This document shows, piece after piece, positions 6,720 through 10,397 of a stretch of DNA of 10,397 nt. A program made the position numbers and the translations under genes. Source of the DNA: Deltaproteobacteria bacterium (GTDB lineage Bacteria; Myxococcota_A; Polyangia; Nannocystales; Nannocystaceae). The stretch spans positions 1 through 10,397 of the forward strand of contig RFGU01000007.1 of assembly GCA_003696955.1 (NCBI GenBank). Direction: 5' to 3'. The notes under the pieces were generated by a model. That model had not been told where the DNA came from, did no database searches, and saw nothing but the letters and a program-made list of their open reading frames with translations. Every line of letters starts with the position of its first letter. Within the stretch, counting starts at the first letter, position 1.

Positions 6720-7838
6720 ATGGGCATCATGAGTTTCATCCGCAGCCAACTCATCGAGATCGTCGAATGGCTCGACGACTCGAACTACACCCTCGTCTGG
6801 CGTTTTCCCGACGAGGATCACGAGATCAAGAACGGTGCCAAGCTCATCTGCCGACCGGGCCAGGCCGCCGTGCTCGTGAACGAAGGCCAGGTGGCCGACG
6901 TCTTCGGGCCGGGGACCCACACCCTGAGCACCCAGAACCTGCCGGTGCTCTCACGGCTGCGTGGCTGGAAGTACGGCTTCGAAAGCCCCTTCAAGGTCGA
7001 GATCTACTTCGTCAGCCTGCGCCAGTACCTCGACCAGAAGTGGGGGACGTCCAATCCGGTGCTCATCCGTGACCCGGACTTCTCCGTGGGCGGACGACCG
7101 GGCCGCGTGCGCATCCGTGCCTATGGTTCCTACAACTTCGCCGTCTCCGATCCGGGCCTTTTCTTCCAGGAGGTCGTCGGCAGCCAGGGTCTCGTGACCA
7201 CCGACGAGATCGAGGGCTTCCTCAAGCGCCGCATCGTCTCGGCGTTCTCGGTGGCCGCGGGCAAGAGCCAGATCTCCGTGGCCGACATGGCGGCCAACTA
7301 CGACGTCCTCGGCAGTGCGGTGCGCGAACACATCGCCGAGGACCTCGCGCAGATCGGCGTGCGGCTGACGATGTTCATCATCGAGAACATCTCCCTGCCC
7401 CCCGAGGTCGAAAAGGCCATCGATGCCGCCGCCGCCCAGGCCGCCCGCGGGGTGGACAACACCCTGGCGTGGGAGGGCATGCAGGCCATGCGCGATGCAG
7501 CGCGGCAGACCGGCGGCGGTGGCGGCACGGCCGGTGCGGCCATGGGCGCCGGCGTCGGCCTTGGCATGGGCATGAACATGGCCCACATGATGGCCGGCAT
7601 GATGGGGCAACCCGTGGCCGGCGCCATGGCGCCCGGCATGGCCCATCCGGCGGCCGGCGCCGCAGCGCCCGGCGCGGCCCCTCCGGTTGCAGCCGCGGGG
7701 GCCGGTGCGGCGGCGGGTCAGGCGGCAGCGGGCAGCCTCGAGGACAAGCTGCGCAAGCTCAAGGCGGCCTACGAGGCCGACCTGCTCACCGAGGACGAGT
7801 ACAAGGCCAAGAAGGCCGAGCTGCTCGCAGCATTCTGA
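6720..7838 (+). CDS. SPFH (band-7/stomatin-prohibitin superfamily) protein of the YdjI/COG4260-like family, with a Gly/Ala/Met-rich low-complexity linker and a C-terminal SHOCT domain.
   Basis: Strong RBS. The N-terminus MGIMSFIRSQLIEIVEWLDDSNYTLVWRFPDEDHEIKNGAKLICRPGQAAVLVNEGQ matches the conserved N-terminus of the YdjI-like SPFH family (M-G-hydrophobic-F-x-x-x-hydrophobic-x-x-V-I-E-W-x-D-x-S-x-x-T-L-V-x-R-F-P…E-I-x-x-G-A-K-L-x-V-R-E-S-Q…NEG). The C-terminus SLEDKLRKLKAAYEADLLTEDEYKAKKAELL fits the SHOCT consensus. The stop is TGA at 7836-7838. Confidence 0.88.
   Translation: MGIMSFIRSQLIEIVEWLDDSNYTLVWRFPDEDHEIKNGAKLICRPGQAAVLVNEGQVADVFGPGTHTLSTQNLPVLSRLRGWKYGFESPFKVEIYFVSLRQYLDQKWGTSNPVLIRDPDFSVGGRPGRVRIRAYGSYNFAVSDPGLFFQEVVGSQGLVTTDEIEGFLKRRIVSAFSVAAGKSQISVADMAANYDVLGSAVREHIAEDLAQIGVRLTMFIIENISLPPEVEKAIDAAAAQAARGVDNTLAWEGMQAMRDAARQTGGGGGTAGAAMGAGVGLGMGMNMAHMMAGMMGQPVAGAMAPGMAHPAAGAAAPGAAPPVAAAGAGAAAGQAAAGSLEDKLRKLKAAYEADLLTEDEYKAKKAELLAAF
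7507..7736 (+). repeat. Low-complexity Gly/Ala/Met(/His)-rich coding segment (…GMGMNMAHMMAGMMGQPVAGAMAPGMAHP…) inside the SPFH gene; simple-sequence DNA rich in ggc/gcc/atg.
   Basis: Seen directly in sequence and translation. The Met-rich core lies at about 7562-7645. Confidence 0.5.
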
Positions 7839-7901
7839 TCGCGCCGGCGAATCGCGCGACGCCGCTCCCCCGGGATCCGCACGCTGGCAAGCGGGCGCCG
7901 G

Positions 7902-8003
7902 TCATGCACGACGGCGGCGCACCAGGGCGAGCAAGCCGAACACCGACAGGAACCCCGGCCCTCCTGCGCCGCGGGTACGGCATCCGCAGCCGTCTTCCGA
8001 TCC
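7902..8003 (-). other. MYXO-CTERM-like C-terminal sorting signal (GCGC motif, TM helix, RRRR tail) of the metalloprotease.
   Basis: Translation of the last 33 codons. This architecture is described for Myxococcales secreted proteins. Confidence 0.55.
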
Positions 8004-9281
8004 TGCCTGTCCACTCCCGTCCGTACCGCCGGCGCTCGTGCCCCCGTCGGTGCCCCCGTCGGTGTCCCCGGTGGTCGTGCCGGCGGGCGGCTCCACCCCC
8101 GCGTAGACCACCACCTCGTCGGACCCCACGTTGCGGTCGTGGTCGATCGCCTGCACCCGCAAGGTGTAGACGCCCTCGGGGATCGATACGGTCCAGGACG
8201 TCTCGAACAGGAAGGCCGGTTGGCTCGCGAGTTCCTCGCCGTCCTCGTTCAACACCACGAACTTCCAGCCGGCCCCCTCGTAGTTGTCGGTGATCTCGGC
8301 GGACACGGTGACTTCCGTTCCCGGCGCGACCTCGAGCACGTCCGTCTCCGGCGCGACGATCGTGACCTCGGGGGGCACCATGTCGGGGGAGTTGGGGCCG
8401 AAGTACGCCATCAGCTCGGCATCGTCGTTCTGCATGCCGCCGCCGCAGAAGATGTCGTGGGTCGGCTTGCAGTTGATGCCCCCGGTGGCGTCGTTGTAGG
8501 GGGTGCACGACGTGGCCCAGACCTTGTCACCGGGGCTCGCGAACGGGTACATGATGTGCTGCGATCCGTCGATGTGGGCCAGGCCGAAGGCATGGGCCGC
8601 CTCCTGGAGCGCCGTGGTCCCCAGGGTCGTCGCCTGGGCGCTCTGCTCGGTGAAGGCGAACGTCGTATCGCGCCACCACATGTCGCCACAGTCGGAGCTA
8701 CACGAGACGCCCAACGTCCCCGGGGGCAACCCGATGGTCCCGGGCGTCCCCCCCATCATCACCATCTGGTAGGGCAACTCGGGCGGTGGGGCCTGCTCGT
8801 AGGCGATCCGCACTCCGTACGGCTCCATCTTGTTGCGGAAGATCTCGATGATGGCCAACGCCAAGCTCTCGCTGTTGGTGAACGCCGGATAGTCCACCGT
8901 CCCCGTGATGCACGACGACTCCATGAGGGCCGAGTTCGTCCCGTTGCTCATCGTGCCGCCGAAGAAGTTGAGGAAGATCGTCGCCCGGTGGGGCGGAAGC
9001 GTCCAATCCTCGGCACGGGGCATGCCCGGATCGGGCTCGTCGTCGAAATACCAGGGCGGGGCCACGATGTCGTGCTCGAGCACGAGACCTTCGGCCTCGA
9101 GGTGGGCCTCGAACGCCGCCCGGCGGCGCTCGATCTCCTCGGCCGAAAGCGGGGCCGGCGCGGAGCGGGGCCGGCCGAAGAGGGGCGGCAGGTCGGCGGC
9201 GGCCGAGCCGGGGCCAACCCCCGGGTCCTGTGCGGTCGCGGCCACCAGGGCCGCCGTGAAGAAGCCGAGCATGGACGTCAT
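7902..9281 (-). CDS. Secreted metzincin-like zinc metalloprotease homolog with a variant zinc motif (QEAAHAFGLAH + Met-turn IMYP), an Ig-like β-sandwich domain, a Thr/Gly/Asp-rich linker and a MYXO-CTERM-type C-terminal sorting signal.
   Basis: Real-looking portion of track ORF 7902..10370. Start at ATG 9281..9279 gives the signal peptide MTSMLGFFTAALVAATA|QDP. The motif …ALQEAAHAFGLAHIDGSQHIMYP… has the exact spacing of HExxHxxGxxH plus a Met-turn, but the first His is Gln (codon CAG, checked against the DNA). The C-terminus is …GSEDGCGCRTRGAGGPGFLSVFGLLALVRRRRA: a GCGC motif, a hydrophobic helix and an Arg cluster. Upstream of 9281 the same frame is Arg-rich junk overlapping gene 8 in another frame. 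Confidence 0.82.
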   Translation of the reverse strand: MTSMLGFFTAALVAATAQDPGVGPGSAAADLPPLFGRPRSAPAPLSAEEIERRRAAFEAHLEAEGLVLEHDIVAPPWYFDDEPDPGMPRAEDWTLPPHRATIFLNFFGGTMSNGTNSALMESSCITGTVDYPAFTNSESLALAIIEIFRNKMEPYGVRIAYEQAPPPELPYQMVMMGGTPGTIGLPPGTLGVSCSSDCGDMWWRDTTFAFTEQSAQATTLGTTALQEAAHAFGLAHIDGSQHIMYPFASPGDKVWATSCTPYNDATGGINCKPTHDIFCGGGMQNDDAELMAYFGPNSPDMVPPEVTIVAPETDVLEVAPGTEVTVSAEITDNYEGAGWKFVVLNEDGEELASQPAFLFETSWTVSIPEGVYTLRVQAIDHDRNVGSDEVVVYAGVEPPAGTTTGDTDGGTDGGTSAGGTDGSGQAGSEDGCGCRTRGAGGPGFLSVFGLLALVRRRRA

Positions 9282-9376
9282 GTGCACCAGATTGCCACGC
9301 CGACGCCCGCATGGCCAAAGCCGGGCGCGCCCGCGACGATTCGGCGCAGGTCGATCGTCGCCGAGCGCGCGGCGAC

Positions 9377-10363
9377 CTAGCGTACGGGACGTGAAGTCGA
9401 TTGCACGGCCGTGTCGTCTCCGCGAACGCCGCGAGGACACGTCCCCGGCGCGTCGTCCGCGGCGACGGCCTCGGCGAGGAACGTGGCCATGCGGTCGACG
9501 GCGGGCATGTGCACCGGCCGCTGGCGGTCGAGGTAGCGCTGCGGGCGACCGGGCCCGTCGATACGCACGAGGTGGTGGTCCACGTGGGGGTACGTGGCTT
9601 GCGCCACGTCGACACCGGCGGCCCGCGCCGCTGCCACGAGCGCTGCAGGGTCGGCCTTCGGATCCACCTCGAAGTCGGCGCCGCCTTGGACCACGAGCAC
9701 CTTCGCGCACACGCCCCGGAACAAGCGGCCCGGATCCACCGCGAGGATCTGCCGCAGGTACGCGGTGTCCTCGGGCTCCTCGGCCACCTTGCCCCCGACG
9801 GTCTCGGCTCGTGGGCGCCGAAGCCCCGCCAGGATTGCGTCGAGTTCCCCGAGGGACTCGGCGCGGGCCTCCGGGGGCAGCCCTGCGAGGGCGACCTCGG
9901 ACTGGTGGCGCACGATCCGGTCGTAGCGCCGCCCCGGGGTCCCCACCAGCACGACGGCGCGGATCGACGGGTCGGACCGCGCCAGGAAGAGGGCGTGCCA
10001 GCCCCCCTCTCCGTGACCGACGACGGTGACCCGCCGTGGGTCGACGTCGTCTTGGACGAGCAACGTGCCGAGGGCGCGACGTGCATCCTCGGCCTCGGCC
10101 CGAAAGTCGAGCCTCCCGTCGGCCGACCCCCCGGTACCCCGGTCGTCGAAGCGCAACACCGCAAATCCCGCTCGCGCCAGGGCGTCGGTCCATACGTGGG
10201 TGCGGGCGTCCACGGGTGGGGGCTCGGAGAATCCGTAACGGTCCTGCCGCCCCGCCCCCGAAAGGAAGAGCACGGCGGGGTGGGGCCCCTTGCCGTGCGG
10301 CACGAGCACCTCGCCGGCAAGGCGCGGCGCATCCGCCGTCGCCGGGATCTCGACGGCGCGCAC
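9377..10363 (-). CDS. Alpha/beta-hydrolase-fold protein (dienelactone-hydrolase / S9-like) with an apparent Gly at the nucleophile-elbow position (GHGEGG). The 5' end may extend beyond the window.
   Basis: Track ORF 9377..10363 (GTG start). The composition looks real and GC3 is high. The oxyanion-region-like segment is PAVLFLSGAG. The elbow VTVVGHGEGGWHALFLA was checked in the DNA as GGT CAC GGA GAG GGG GGC. An acid-like GGADFEVD and a His-like YPHVDHHLV follow in canonical order. The frame remains open upstream to the window end (…SYTPPADAPWS-VRAVEI…), so the true start (possibly with a signal peptide) may lie outside. It sits 95 bp upstream of the metalloprotease gene on the same strand. 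Confidence 0.72.
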   Translation of the reverse strand: MRAVEIPATADAPRLAGEVLVPHGKGPHPAVLFLSGAGRQDRYGFSEPPPVDARTHVWTDALARAGFAVLRFDDRGTGGSADGRLDFRAEAEDARRALGTLLVQDDVDPRRVTVVGHGEGGWHALFLARSDPSIRAVVLVGTPGRRYDRIVRHQSEVALAGLPPEARAESLGELDAILAGLRRPRAETVGGKVAEEPEDTAYLRQILAVDPGRLFRGVCAKVLVVQGGADFEVDPKADPAALVAAARAAGVDVAQATYPHVDHHLVRIDGPGRPQRYLDRQRPVHMPAVDRMATFLAEAVAADDAPGTCPRGVRGDDTAVQSTSRPVR

Positions 10364-10397
10364 GGACCACGGGGCGTCGGCAGGCGGCGTGTAGGAA

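Noticed and set aside
7894-7920. GC-rich inverted repeat (GCGCCG … CGGCGC) between the convergent SPFH and metalloprotease genes
   Set aside because: It overlaps the metalloprotease stop codon, has a long (~14 nt) loop and no U-tract on either strand. I would not call it a terminator from sequence alone.
8035-8085. Short tandem DNA repeat (cccgtcggtgcc-like ×3)
   Set aside because: It simply encodes the TDGGTDGGT Thr/Asp/Gly linker of the metalloprotease. It is a low-complexity coding repeat, not a mobile or CRISPR-like element.
9282-9300. TGGCAATCTGGTGCAC immediately upstream of the metalloprotease ATG (sigma-54-like)
   Set aside because: The GG to GC spacing is off by one. It also sits only about 4 nt from the start codon, leaving no room for a leader.
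9282-10370. Upstream ~360 codons of track ORF 7902..10370, and ORFs 8698..10332 (−), 8139..9380 (+), 8905..10029 (+), 7469..8293 (+), 7687..8106 (+), 7786..8508 (−)
   Set aside because: Extremely Arg/Pro/Gly-rich (the RRRGRR style typical of wrong-frame translation of high-GC DNA). They overlap the well-supported hydrolase (9377..10363) and metalloprotease (7902..9281) frames.
1-10397. Search for tRNA/rRNA, CRISPR arrays, IS elements/transposases, integrases and toxin-antitoxin pairs
   Set aside because: I saw no cloverleaf-like or rRNA-like conserved stretches, no regularly spaced direct repeats, no terminal inverted repeats flanking an ORF, and no transposase- or integrase-like translations in any frame.

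Overview
This is a 10.4 kb, roughly 70% GC window from a chromosome with strongly GC3-biased coding. A MYXO-CTERM-type C-terminal sorting signal together with TSP3-repeat OmpA proteins suggest a myxobacterial (Myxococcota) origin. I found no rRNA, tRNA, CRISPR array, IS element or integrase. I support eight protein-coding genes. (1) A minus-strand membrane-protein gene (1..786) that runs off the left edge and is missing from the ORF track. (2) An OmpA-family outer-membrane protein with thrombospondin type-3 Ca-binding repeats (about 834..2474, +). (3) A very large lipoprotein S41 C-terminal processing peptidase with a roughly 550 aa non-catalytic C-terminal extension (2432..5446, -). (4) A small divergent lipoprotein (5618..6169, +), followed by a textbook intrinsic terminator. 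(5) A TerB-like small protein (6281..6652, +). (6) A YdjI/COG4260-like SPFH (band-7) protein carrying a Met/Gly/Ala-rich linker and a C-terminal SHOCT domain (6720..7838, +). (7) A secreted metzincin-like metalloprotease with a Gln in place of the first zinc-ligand His and a MYXO-CTERM tail (7902..9281, -). (8) An alpha/beta-hydrolase-fold protein whose nucleophile-elbow Ser is replaced by Gly (9377..10363, -; its 5' end may lie beyond the window). Most other long ORFs in the six-frame track are Arg/Pro-rich antisense or out-of-frame shadows, as expected for high-GC DNA. The most interesting items are the TerB-like + SPFH-SHOCT pair, the two apparently catalytically altered hydrolases (Q-for-H metzincin; Gly-for-Ser alpha/beta hydrolase) arranged in tandem, and the giant Ctp divergently paired with a small lipoprotein across an AT-richer intergenic region containing a repeated palindromic GTTGCAAC motif. 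Nothing here is an obviously complete novel multi-gene system; the findings are hypotheses.
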